DNA of 57,847 bases, filler included, from Dugesia japonica (lineage: Eukaryota): NCBI GenBank assembly GCA_001938525.1. It is 5 parts of 5 records of this genome, joined end to end, with 100 filler letters (N's around TTAATTAATTAA, not from the genome) between each part and the next. Parts side by side here need not be neighbours in the genome. Positions count along the whole stretch, not along the records: positions 13,758 to 24,587 come from MQRL01614308.1; positions 24,688 to 33,502 come from MQRL01553371.1; positions 33,603 to 46,387 come from MQRL01636655.1; 2 more parts are not named here. One strand, 5' to 3'. How positions within the stretch are numbered: the first letter of the stretch is position 1; every line of letters starts with the position of its first letter. Below the pieces are notes generated by a model, which was not told the DNA's origin, made no database searches, and saw nothing but the letters and a program-made list of their open reading frames with translations. Positions 23,351 to 34,559 of this stretch are shown one piece after another. A program made the translations under genes and the position numbers.

Positions 23351-24587
23351 AAAAAACTACAAAAAAATCGCTAACAGATATAAAAAACTCGTTAATCAAA
23401 CCTATTCTAAGTGGAAAATAAATTCTTCTATCAGTTCAAGAAAATCGAATATCAGTTAAACTCAGTGGTATATAAGACTACTCCAGATATTTTTAACAGG
23501 TGCCGGCAACGAATTAATTAGTGTTAGCAATTATCTCGAATTAATTTCTAATTTTCAGTAGAGACATGAATACCAGTCATTACATTTTTCACTCAACTAG
23601 CTATGACGGTTAGAATATAGACACAATAATACAACTGGCAATCAGTTATTAAGCCAAGTTTACAATGGCGTGGAGCAAGATATACATCGTCTGCCTAACT
23701 ATTGCTAATCACACACACCAACACATGATTTCATATAGTAAGTTTGTACGTTGTGTGTATAGGCACAGCAAAAATAAGAGTCGATTAGTCGGTAAACTAA
23801 TATTTCATTGCCGCAGTAATGATTAACAAGTTTCCATGTTATTCCTCTCGATACACACACATCATCCATTATTCAAAATAAATTTACCCTTTTATCTGTT
23901 GTTTTCGTCATTTGAGTGACACCGGAGATAATTGTAAATCGATACGCGAAATTTTTCTTTCTTGCATATGGCATACAACAACTAGATAGATTAGACATAA
24001 CATAACAGCTAACCAAATGGTGAGTCTGTACTTAATAGACAGGTGAGTTAGTGAGTCACCTAGTGATTTTTGATTATTAACTAATATATCTTAGTTATTC
24101 GCTCATATCCAATCTGCTGTCATTGAGATATATTATGGCCAGTTTCTAATGAATCTAGGATCTATGGTTGTTCAGGAAATATTCCACATCGGAGCGTGTN
24201 CACAGATGTCTAATCCCTCTTATTATGTCAATTTGAGCTGGTTAATATTCTTCTGTGTCTTCNCACGGTCGAACTGACTATCGATTAATAATGAAGATTT
24301 GCTCACCATTTCTTCTTACATGTTACGAATTTACACGTCCAATATGCGCTTGGGATGCTGGTATGATATAAATGAGGAGTAGGATTTGTGCAGGTAACCC
24401 AAATAACCGAATTGATTTTGGAATCCCGTTGTTGTGTTTACTTTTTCCAATATTAATTATGTTTCTGCCAAAGCAAAAGGAAATTTATAATTTCTTCTTT
24501 ATGTTAGATTTTACCCTAGATGGGTTTATTTCTTATATTATTAAATCTAGGGGCGTCGAACTTTATATGAAATTAAGTCTAGGGTAA

Positions 24588-24687
24588 NNNNNNNNNNNNN
24601 NNNNNNNNNNNNNNNNNNNNNNNNNNNNNNNTTAATTAATTAANNNNNNNNNNNNNNNNNNNNNNNNNNNNNNNNNNNNNNNNNNNN
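24588..24687. other. Artificial scaffold-join linker
   Basis: 44N + TTAATTAATTAA (24632-24643) + 44N. Confidence 0.97.
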
Positions 24688-25400
24688 TTAATAATATTAA
24701 TTAAATATATTAATTAGTTGTCCTAATACAAATTTGAAAGAAACTTTTTAAAAAAAGTTTTAGTTCAAAAAAAATTAATTTTATAATTTTGTGTGATTAG
24801 TTTATTTTTGAAAAATTTTTAGAAAAAAAAAGAAATTTATAAAAAATAACATGTATTTAAAATAACATAAATTATATCTATAAAAAAAGACAAAATAAAA
24901 ATTTTTAAAAATTTGCAAAAAATTACAAAAATTTAATATTACAAAATTCTAAATATAATATATCTAAAATACCTAAAAGACTTTTATATATTAATTAATA
25001 AAAAATATTATTTTTGAAATTGTTTGAGTTGAGTTGATTTAAGAAATAAAAATCATTAAAATTTTAAATTAAAAGTATAAAAAAAATAACCAATAAAATT
25101 TCGATAAAATATAAAGAATTGAGTACTAAAGATCTATTGTATTGAATATCTCAAGAAGTCAACATGTTCTTGAAGAAGACTATTGTAAAAAATTTGAACC
25201 TTTTTACAAATAAATTTTATTTTGATCGAAGCCTTTTCTTATTTNNNNNNNNNNNNNNNNNNNNNNNNNNNNNNNNNNNNNNNNNNNNNNNNNNNNNNNN
25301 NNNNNNNNNNNNNNGTAATTATAAAACATTTTTTAAATCTTAATTTAATTTTTATAATTAATTTTTAATTTTATACAATTTAAACTATTATAATCTATTT

Positions 25401-26041
25401 CTAATTTATTTTCTTTCTTACTTTTGCTTTAGGTTGATTTATCATAGTTTCTATCTCTTTTAGCTTTGATAATAAAAAAGTATTATCTTAATCTATTTCT
25501 TTTTCTTATTTAACGTCAATATCAGTTTTCATCTTTAATATTTTATTTTTGATTTCATTAACAATTGTTTTACTAGTATTTATTTCTGTTAATATATTAT
25601 CATGCAAACAATTTTGATGATAAAGAAATAATTTATTTTTACTTGTTTCTAATTCTTTAATTAAATCATTATATTTCTTTTTCGTTCTTTTAATTAAACC
25701 AAGAATAATAACAGGTAAAGTTAAAATAACTATACCACTTGTAGCTAAAACGGATATTGTTATTCCCGCTGCACCAAATAAAGATCCTTACAAAATATCG
25801 GTATATCTTACGCCTGTATCAAACATTTTCCATCTTCTATATAATTTATTATAATGATTTATTTTATCAGTTAAAAATGTTAAATCATTTNCAAAATCTT
25901 TAATAATCTTAATGTTTTTAATTTATTGGCAAATTGCCTAGTCAACTCCGTTGCGTTTTTATAATCAGCTATAGATGCAGTTTGATTAAATTAATCTTCT
26001 TCATTTATATCAGGATAAATATTATTATATTCTTTCTCCAT
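25401..26041 (-). pseudogene. Polinton-type accessory ORF with hydrophobic segment
   Basis: MEKEYNNIYPDINEE...KINHYNKLYRRWKMFDTGV...GSLFGAAGITISVLATSGIVILTLPVIILGLIK then a helical Lys-rich tail. It has stops and frameshifts and lies next to the Polinton integrase. Confidence 0.5.
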
Positions 26042-26312
26042 TTTTATTAAAATCAAGATTTTATGCTTTTAATTTAATAAAACTTTGTTTTTATAATTGT
26101 TTTATCATTTTTAACTCTTATTTGTACACTATAAAAGGCAAAAATCTGTTGGTATATATCTCTGCTATATGCTTCACCGCCATTAGTTTAATAGCATAAA
26201 CACTCATAAAAAAATCAACTCGTATTTTTATCTCCTATAACTAGTTTTCCAAATTCAAAATCTTTTTTTATAGTATTTAAAATTATTGTTAAAGGCTCCA
26301 CAAGAGTCTACA

Positions 26313-26571
26313 ATGAAAATTTTACAGTCATTTCCAAAGTTTGTTATTGATGATTTATTAGGGAAAGTTGTAAATATTGCTCGAAGAAATGTAGTTCTCG
26401 ACCAAGATAAAAAAACCTATTTTACAACATCATAAAAAACAGTTGCTTTCAATTATTAAAACTAAGAATAAAAAATTAAACAGAAAAATAATCTATAAAC
26501 AAAAGGGTGGATTCATTGCTGTATTATTACCAATAGCATTAGCAGCATTAGGATTAACAAATTCATTATAA
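26313..26571 (+). pseudogene. Small Polinton ORF ending in a GG + hydrophobic peptide (adenovirus pX-like)
   Basis: MKILQSFPKFVIDDL...(frameshifts)...YKQKGGFIAVLLPIALAALGLTNSL*. The stop is 3 nt before the integrase ATG. Confidence 0.6.
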
Positions 26572-26574
26572 ACA

Positions 26575-27535
26575 ATGCTTAATGTAGAGTCATTATCACG
26601 AATTTATTTGAAATTTATCTCAAACTGCTTTAATGAAAACAATATAGACAGACCCAAAAAATCCAGCAGGATTAAAAGGATTTGAAAAGTTATGAAAATT
26701 GACAAAAAGCTCAAAAATCGAGACGAGACAGTGGTTATTGAACTAGTTAGCGTACAGTCTGAACAAGCCAATGTTAAAAAGATTCCCAACAAGACCGTAT
26801 AAAACCTATGGGATTGATGCCTTATGGCAAATGGATTTGATGGAAACAATTCCATATTCAAGAATTAATAAAGGTTACAAGTATATTTTAACAGGTATCG
26901 ATGTATTCAATAGATTTTCAAGAGCTATACCTATACAATCAAAATCATCTATCGAAATGAAAACTGCAATCAAGATTATGTTTAACGATGGTCATCCAGA
27001 TAATTTACAAACTGATTTAGGAAAAGAATTTTATAATTCAAAAGTTGAAAATATTATTAATCATCTAAAAATTAACCATTATTCTGTATTTTCATAATAC
27101 AAAGTGGCATAAGTTGAAAGATTTAATCGAACATTGAGAGATGCATTGAAAAAGTACTTTTGTGCATAGTGGTAATAAGACATGGATCCATGTATTACCG
27201 AAAATAATTGACAGTTATAATCATACAAGTCATAAAGGATTAAATGGAGCAAGACCCGTTGATGTATCATCTGACAATGCAATGAAACTATGGTTATTGA
27301 AACAAACACCAAAAGCAATCATGAAACCTAAATATAAAGTTGGTGATCATGTAAAAATCTCAAAGCTATCAGCTTCACCATTTATCAAAAATTTCAATAG
27401 TAATTGGAGTGATGAAGTATTTCAAATATCTAAAATCAATACCAAACAGAATCTAGTCATGTATTGGATTAAAGATCACGAAGAAAATAATATTTTTGGA
27501 AAATTCTTTGAACAAGAACTACAAGTCATGGAACA
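26575..27535 (+). mobile_element. Polinton/Maverick c-integrase pseudogene
   Basis: WQMDLM, NKGYKYILTGIDVF, LQTDLGKEFYN, VERFNRTLR, WIHVLPKIIDSYN, YKVGDHVKIS, NWSDEVFQI and GKFFEQELQ match the Polinton integrase pattern. It has stops and frameshifts, and no chromodomain is seen before the sequence changes near 27540. Confidence 0.93.
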
Positions 27536-28067
27536 TGACTTGAGCTGCGTTTTTTTAACCATGATTTTTGTGATTGATTTTTTTGGGAACAAAAAATTTT
27601 TAATCGGATCAGATTTTTTTTGATCTGATTAGTTTTTTAGATCCTGAAGTTGTGTGTGTATTTTTAAATTTTAAATGTTCTGTGTGTTTGGGTTGCTAAA
27701 GTGGATTTTTAAAAGTAGGTCAAGTTGTGTTTGTGTTTATGGTTTTGTGTGTGTGTGTAAAAGACTGGAAAAAGCGGGGAGGAGTTGCTGGAGATCTTGG
27801 AGATAATTTTTGTGGGATTTTGAAGATTTATTTGTTGTTGGACAAAAATTTGGTCTATATATTGTTTAAAGGACTTATGTGTTTGGATGGATGGTTTTCA
27901 CTACAAGGGTAGTGGCACACGGTTACAGGCGTATTAGTTATCGTGAGTGGCTTTTGTTTTGGATGTAGGTTTTTATGTGGTTTATGGAATTTGTTAGTTG
28001 ATGGCTTGTTAGAGAGGTATTGCAATAGTAAAGATGTTGGTAGTCGAATAAGCTTTGAATTTCTATT

Positions 28068-28800
28068 TTAAGGGCTAATTTTTGATTGGTTTATTTTGTA
28101 AGTAGTATAAGTGTGTTAAAAAATACTTTTCGTGAGGTGCAGGTTAGTATGTGTGGAAAGAGAATTAATTATCAGATTTTATAAGATCATTTGAAAGTTT
28201 TCTGTCTGATGGTTATGACGTCATACATTTTTGAAATATTTAATTTGGTGAAAAATGCTGTATATTGCTTAATTTGATGAATTAAATGAAAGTAATGTCA
28301 TTTTTGAGTTTTCGATGTATTTGTGGTTATTTTTTCAGTATTTTGATCAGGGAAGTGTTGTTTTGTAAGATTTTCGACTTGGGATTGCGAAATTCAAAAA
28401 AATTATTTTTGGCCGGAAATTCAAAAAAAATATTTTGGTTGAAAATTTTTCATTGCAATGGGGGAATCTTTTTATTATAATTTATTTAAATTAAAATAAA
28501 TTAAATTTCTAGTTAAAGGGCTAATTTTTGATTGGTTTATTTTGTAAGTAGTATAAGTGTGTTAAAAAATACTTTTCGTGAGTTGCAGATTAGTATGTGT
28601 TGAAAGAGAATTAATAATTCAGGGAAGTGTTGTTTTGTAAGATTTTTGACTGGAGAGGAGAGGAGTCTTGATATTTTTAAAAAATGTTTTGGCGGGAAAT
28701 TCAAAAAAATTATTTTTGGCCGGAAATTCAAAAAATATATTTTGGTTGGAAATTTTTCATTGCAATGGGGGAATCTTTTTATTATAATTTAAATAAATTA
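28068..28800. repeat. Direct repeats (28068-28170 with 28515-28620; 28330-28495 with 28605-28790) carrying E2F/CHR-like motifs
   Basis: Near-identical blocks are visible, with the recurring motif ttttggc(g/c)ggaaattcaaaa. Confidence 0.8.
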
Positions 28801-28854
28801 AATTAAATTAAATTAATTAAATTTAATTAAAATAAATTAAATAACTTTTTTTTC

Positions 28855-29420
28855 TAAGAGATGGGGTAGTCTCGATATTTTGGATGCTGAGTCTCGATAT
28901 TTTGCATAAGATGGGCCATCTTGATATTTTTTAAGATATTATTACAAGATATTTATTCATGTTATGGGCAGTCTTAATATTATTTTAAGATATTTATACA
29001 TAGTATGGAGAGATTTCATATTTTTTAAGATATTATTTCAAGAAATTTATGCATATTATGAGCAGTCTTGATATTTTTTAAGATATTATTACAAGATGTG
29101 TATGCATGTTATGGATAGTCTTGATGCATGCTATGGGCAGTCTTGATATTTTTTTAAGATATTATTACAAGATATTTATGCATGTTATGGGCAGTCTTGA
29201 TATTTTTTATGATATTATTACAAGACATCGGACACTCTTGGTATTTTAAATATATTATTACAAGATATCGGACAGTCTTGATTGAAGCATTATTAATCAT
29301 TTCTTTATATTTTACTTAAGATGGCTTTGTCTTGATATTTTTTGTAAGAGATTGAGACATTATTGATTTGTTTAAAAATATTTTTGCTTTAGATGTGACA
29401 GTCTTGTTATTTTGCAAGGA
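28855..29420. repeat. ~54-bp minisatellite
   Basis: Repeating gggcagtcttgatatttttttaagatattattacaagatatttatgcatgttat. Confidence 0.85.
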
Positions 29421-29689
29421 ATGAACAGTCTAAAATTCTTTGGCGTGTAATTTGCAGTGTATCTGTTGCATCTGAGAGGCGTACCTATTGCATTTATTAA
29501 AAAATAATTCAAAATAGTGGATATATTAAGTTTTTAAAAAAAATCAAAATGATGGCTACATTGAGTTTTAAAAAATTAAAATGGCGGCTTTGTCAAGTTT
29601 TAGAAATTATCAGACTTGTGATTTTCAGTGTATGTGTGTTGCATCTGTAATGCTTTTGAGTTGCATTTATGAAAATATATCTATCAAAA

Positions 29690-30420
29690 AACACCAAAAG
29701 AGGAGTATTTGAGATATTTACATAATAAAATTTAACTTTTTTTAAAATATTCAAATAAAAATATTCAAAAAGGGGAGTCTGTGATATTTACATGTTAAAA
29801 TATATATGTTAAAAAACTTTACAGAGGAGAGTCTGTGTGATATTTACATGATAAAAATAATAATAAAAATAATCAAAGAGGGGAGTCTTTGTGATATAAT
29901 AAATATTCAAATTAAAACTTTTCATTACAAAATGATAAAAAACATGGAGCTTTATTCAAAAACATATTACTAGTGCTAATTTTCTATAAAAAAATCTCAT
30001 AAGCGCTGCAATGTTTAATTAAAAATCTCATTACCGATGCAATTTATAATAAAAAATATTATTACCGATGCAATTTTTAATAGAAAATCTCATTAGCGAT
30101 GTAATTTTCCATTAAAAAACATATTGGTGATGCATTTTTCTTATAAAAAACATATTGGTGATACAATTTGGCTATAAAAAACATATTACTTGTGACAATA
30201 TTTCTATAAAAAACATATTGGTGATGTAGGTTTTCTATAATAAACACATATGTAGTGACAATTTTNNNNNNNNNNNNNNNNNNNNNNNNNNNNNNNNNNN
30301 NNNNNNNNNNNNNNNACATATTGGTGATGTAGGTTTTCTATAATAAACACATATGTAGTGACAATTTTCCATACAAAATGATAAAAACACAGACTTTTTT
30401 CTATAGAAAATGTTAAAAAC
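29690..30420. repeat. ~60-bp (gaggggagtctgtgatatttaca) and ~32-bp (aaaaacatattggtgatgcaattttctat) tandem arrays
   Basis: Two adjacent diverged arrays read directly from the sequence. Confidence 0.8.
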
Positions 30421-30579
30421 ATAGAAACTTTTCATATAATAACTAAATAGGGTTTATGAGTGTAAAAGGTTTAAGAGTGATGAGGATTAAAGAAGAAAGA
30501 GGGTTTATGATTGTATGTTTTGCATTGGTAGGATTTATTTATATAATTCAGATGACAAATCATAGTTTTATATATGTTT

Positions 30580-32340
30580 TATTGACATAGCAACCATGTA
30601 ATATAGGGTTTATGAGTGTATTTATACATAGTAACCTTGTATTATAGGGTTTATGAGTATATTATTTACATGTAAACGAGTATAATAATGATTATGAGTG
30701 TATTAATTACATAGCAACCATATATTATTTACATAGCAACGATATATTATTTACATAGCAACCATGTATTGTAAGGATTTTGTGTGTATTTATACATAGT
30801 AACCTTGTATTATTTACATAGCAACCATGAAATATAAGACTTATGAGGGAATTATTTACATAGCAAACGTCTAATATAAGGCCTACGTAGTCACCATGTA
30901 ATATATGGTTTATGAGTGTAATATTTGTATACTTGCATTGTATTATTATTTATTTAGCAGCTTTGTAATATAGGTTTTATGAGTGTATTACTTACATAAC
31001 AACTATGTATTATTTTCTAATAATTGAGTAATGAGGGTATTTTTAACGTAGAATAATTTTATAATGATTTCTTTATTTCGATTTTTTAAAATTTTTTCAT
31101 AATTTAATACATTGCCTTAACGAATCAATTAAAACCCCAATGTTCGTCTTTAATTCAATAATTATGATAACCAATATTAATTACAGAGGTGAAATGACGC
31201 AAGAAGTAACAAAGAAAATAAGCTTTCCTACAGACAATCCATGTAAAATAAATGTATTATTATTGAGTCTTTTTTTATTTAGTTTTATTTTATTTAGGTT
31301 TTTTTTAAAATTAGAATTTAAATAAAATGAAAACATTAGTGTTGCAATTTTTTCTATATATTACATATTAGTAGTGACAATTTTTCATAAAAACATATTT
31401 TCTGAGAACTATTCTGATCGAAATTATAAAATAAAACCACTTTATCATAAAATTCATTAAGTCATTGTACCTTTCCATAAATAACTAATAACTCTATATA
31501 TATAAAAAAGACTTATAAGTTAATATTTTCATATCTATAGAGTTTATGAGTATATTATTTACATAACAACTATGTATTATAAGGATTATGATTTTATTAT
31601 TACATAGTAACCGTGCATTATAGTGTTTATGAGTACATTATTTGCATAGCTACCATGTATTATTTACGTAGCAACCATTCACTATAAGGATTTTGAGTAT
31701 ATTATTATAAAGTAACCCTGTATTATAATGTTTATGAATATATTATTTGCATAGTAACCTTGTATTATTTACATAGCAACCGTAAAATATAAGGCTTATG
31801 AGTGTATTATTTGCATAGTAACTATGTATTATAGGGTTTACATAGTGACCGTGTATTATTTACATAACAACCATGAAATAAATGGTTTATGAGGGTTTTA
31901 TTTACACAGTAACTGTGTAATATAAGACTTATGCGTCTATAATTGTCAAAGTTATCTTGTTTTATTTACATAACAACAGTATAATATAAGACTTAGGTGG
32001 GAAATATTTACAAAGCAAATGTTTAATAAAAGGCTTATGAAGGTATTTGTACATATTAACCATGCAATATAGTGTTTATGAGTATAATATTTACATTACA
32101 ACTATGTATTATTTTCTAATAACTGTGTAATATAAGGCTTATGAGTGTATTACTTACATAAAAACCATGTATAATAAGGTAATTTTACATAGTCACCATG
32201 TAATATAGGGTTTATTAGTGTAATATTTGTATATTTTCATTGTATTATTTACTTAGCAAATATGTAATATAGNNNNTATAAGTTTATTATTTGTGTAGTT
32301 ACCTTGTGTTAATTATATAGTAACCATGTAACATGGGTAG
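30580..32340. repeat. ~42-bp diverged satellite with ~21-bp half units
   Basis: Consensus tattatttacatagcaaccatgtaatatagggtttatgagtg in two blocks (~30580-31050 and ~31540-32340). Confidence 0.9.
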
Positions 32341-32547
32341 TCATGTAAAATGCATGCATATTGCAATTATTAAACTAAATATACAGGCTCGTGATTTTCA
32401 GTGAATATATGTTGAATTCCTATTGCATACCTATTGCATTCATTAATGTACTACTTATAAAAACCCAATTATTTTACTATTTATTAAAACCTTTTTAATT
32501 TACTAATGAAAATGGTATTAACCAATTAAACATTAATTATTAGCACA

Positions 32548-32847
32548 TTATATTTCAAATTCTTCATCCATCTTCATAATATGTTTCTTCAAAATGTCGT
32601 AATGTGTCTTGTTAACATTAGATATCAAATCAGATCGAAGTTTCATTATGTAATTGTTCATAATTAGATCAATATCAATTGCTGTTGTTCGGAATATATG
32701 ATCAAAATATTCCTCTGTGGTCATCAGCATACAGTTATTACGTAATTCTGGAAATCTTTAATATAATATCTGCTTCGCTAATTCTAGAAAACAAATAATT
32801 TATAAAGTTGTAATAATATAATAAACTCTTACCATAAAAATGTTGCT
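32548..32847 (-). pseudogene. 3' fragment of an unidentified spliced gene, cut off by a Polinton-like terminus
   Basis: A GTAAGA...TTTTCTAG 49-nt intron (32784-32832) precedes ORF 32548-32730. No family recognised. Confidence 0.3.
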
Positions 32848-33220
32848 AGTAGATAGATAGTACCGCATGTAAACACCCCCCCTGATTGAAATATTTTCAA
32901 GGTCAAAGTCTTTAAATATACTTTATTCTGATTGGAGGAATTTTTTTTTCAAGGTCAAACTGCTTAAGTATACTGAATTCTAATTGATGGAAAGTTTGAA
33001 GGTCAACTTTTCAAGGGCAAACTGATACAGTATACTCTATTTTGATTGGTCAAAATATTTTCAAGGTCAAAGTGATATAGTATCTTGCGATCTAATTGGT
33101 CAAAAGATTTCAAGGTCAAAGTGATACAGTATCCTGAGCTCTGATTGGTCCAAACGTTTCAAAGTAAAAGTAATATAGTATCGTGCGATCTGATTAGTCG
33201 AAATGTTTCAAGGTCATTTG
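32848..33220 (+). mobile_element. Polinton-like left terminus with a ~49-bp array of TCAAGGTCA + ATTGG
   Basis: AGTAGATAGATAG at 32848, then a C-run, then about 7 repeat units. Perfect TCAAGGTCA at 32897, 32949, 33061, 33110 and 33208. Confidence 0.6.
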
Positions 33221-33502
33221 ATAAACATTATCTTTAAATTCCACGGGCAGGCTTAATATTTATATTTCCCGCGCAGACAATATTATTTTGTTTTAATGTT
33301 TATTTATTTATTTTTTTAATTTACTGATTTTTGAGATTTTTATTTAAATTAAGTGATNTATTGATTTTTACGAATTTTTTAAAGAAAAATGATGGTAAAA
33401 CTTATTTTGTTTAAATTTTCTAATTTTAAAGCGAATTTCAACGACCAATATTAACATCAATATTAATCGCTCCGAGCAATATTAAGATTAGATGCTTCTC
33501 AG

Positions 33503-33602
33503 NNNNNNNNNNNNNNNNNNNNNNNNNNNNNNNNNNNNNNNNNNNNTTAATTAATTAANNNNNNNNNNNNNNNNNNNNNNNNNNNNNNNNNNNNNNNNNN
33601 NN
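33503..33602. other. Artificial scaffold-join linker
   Basis: 44N + TTAATTAATTAA (33547-33558) + 44N. Confidence 0.97.
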
Positions 33603-34214
33603 GAACATATTTTTTCAAAAATTTAGACTATTCACCCAGACTCCCATAAAAATTCATTCAAAAAATTTTAAATTTTTCATATTATTTAAAAAACATGCCC
33701 GAATTTCTAAAAAACTCCCATAAAAAATTATCCCTCCTAAAAATGCCTTAAAAAATATTGTCACTTAAAAAGCCTACAAAAAATATTGCCAGTAAATACA
33801 CAGGGAAAAATTCTAAAATATTTCCCAACTAAATACATTGGAAGATTTAAAAAACAGTTACAGTTTAAAAAAGCCTATAAAAAATTTTCCCAACTAAATA
33901 CATTAGAAAAAATATTGCCAACTAAAACCACAGGAAAAAATTTTCGCCAACTAAAATCATTTTTACCGCCAAAAAATTATTGTAAAAAATATTTCCAATT
34001 AAAAATTGCATAATAAATTCAATTGATGGATTAAAATTATTGTAAAAAATAATTCCAATTAAAAATTGCATAATAAATTTAATTGATGGATTAAATTACC
34101 GATGATGTAATTACATCATAGATTAACTATCAAATTTCAGATAATCGCACTATTTACATCACTAATCGGGGGGGTTCGCACAAAGGCGGCTATACCCGCC
34201 AATATCCCTCTACT
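33603..34214 (-). mobile_element. Polinton-like TIR / right terminus
   Basis: Ends ...TATCCCTCTACT (minus strand AGTAGAGGGATA). Contains subterminal ccaactaaa/aaaaagcct repeats and a ~60-bp tandem duplication at about 33973-34092. Confidence 0.55.
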
Positions 34215-34559
34215 CACATTTTCATTATTTTGAACCCTTTAAAAATTTCTCAAAGAGGTCTAATGCTTATTAGTAACAGACCCGGATAAAATAACTATTA
34301 GCGTGATTTAATATTTGATAATAACTGTGTATTTGAATTATTTAATTATCAATAAATTTTTGAAAAAGTAAATATTATTTTACTAAATAAGGTGACTAGA
34401 TAGTTTATCTATACATATATTGTTTTTATATATTGAACATATAAAGGAATAATCATCACTATATCTATAAGTAAATATCAACGGGATTTCATCTTCAAAT
34501 AAACTACTAGAACTCACGTTAAAAATCGCTGATTTTCCTTTGCGAAATCCCAAAGACAT

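Noticed and set aside
30440-32220. tagggttt words as telomeric repeats
   Set aside because: They are single words inside a 42-bp satellite unit, not tandem TTAGGG arrays.
28855-33220. Regular repeats as a CRISPR-like array
   Set aside because: Units are contiguous diverged tandem copies with no unique spacers, there are no cas genes, and the context is eukaryotic.
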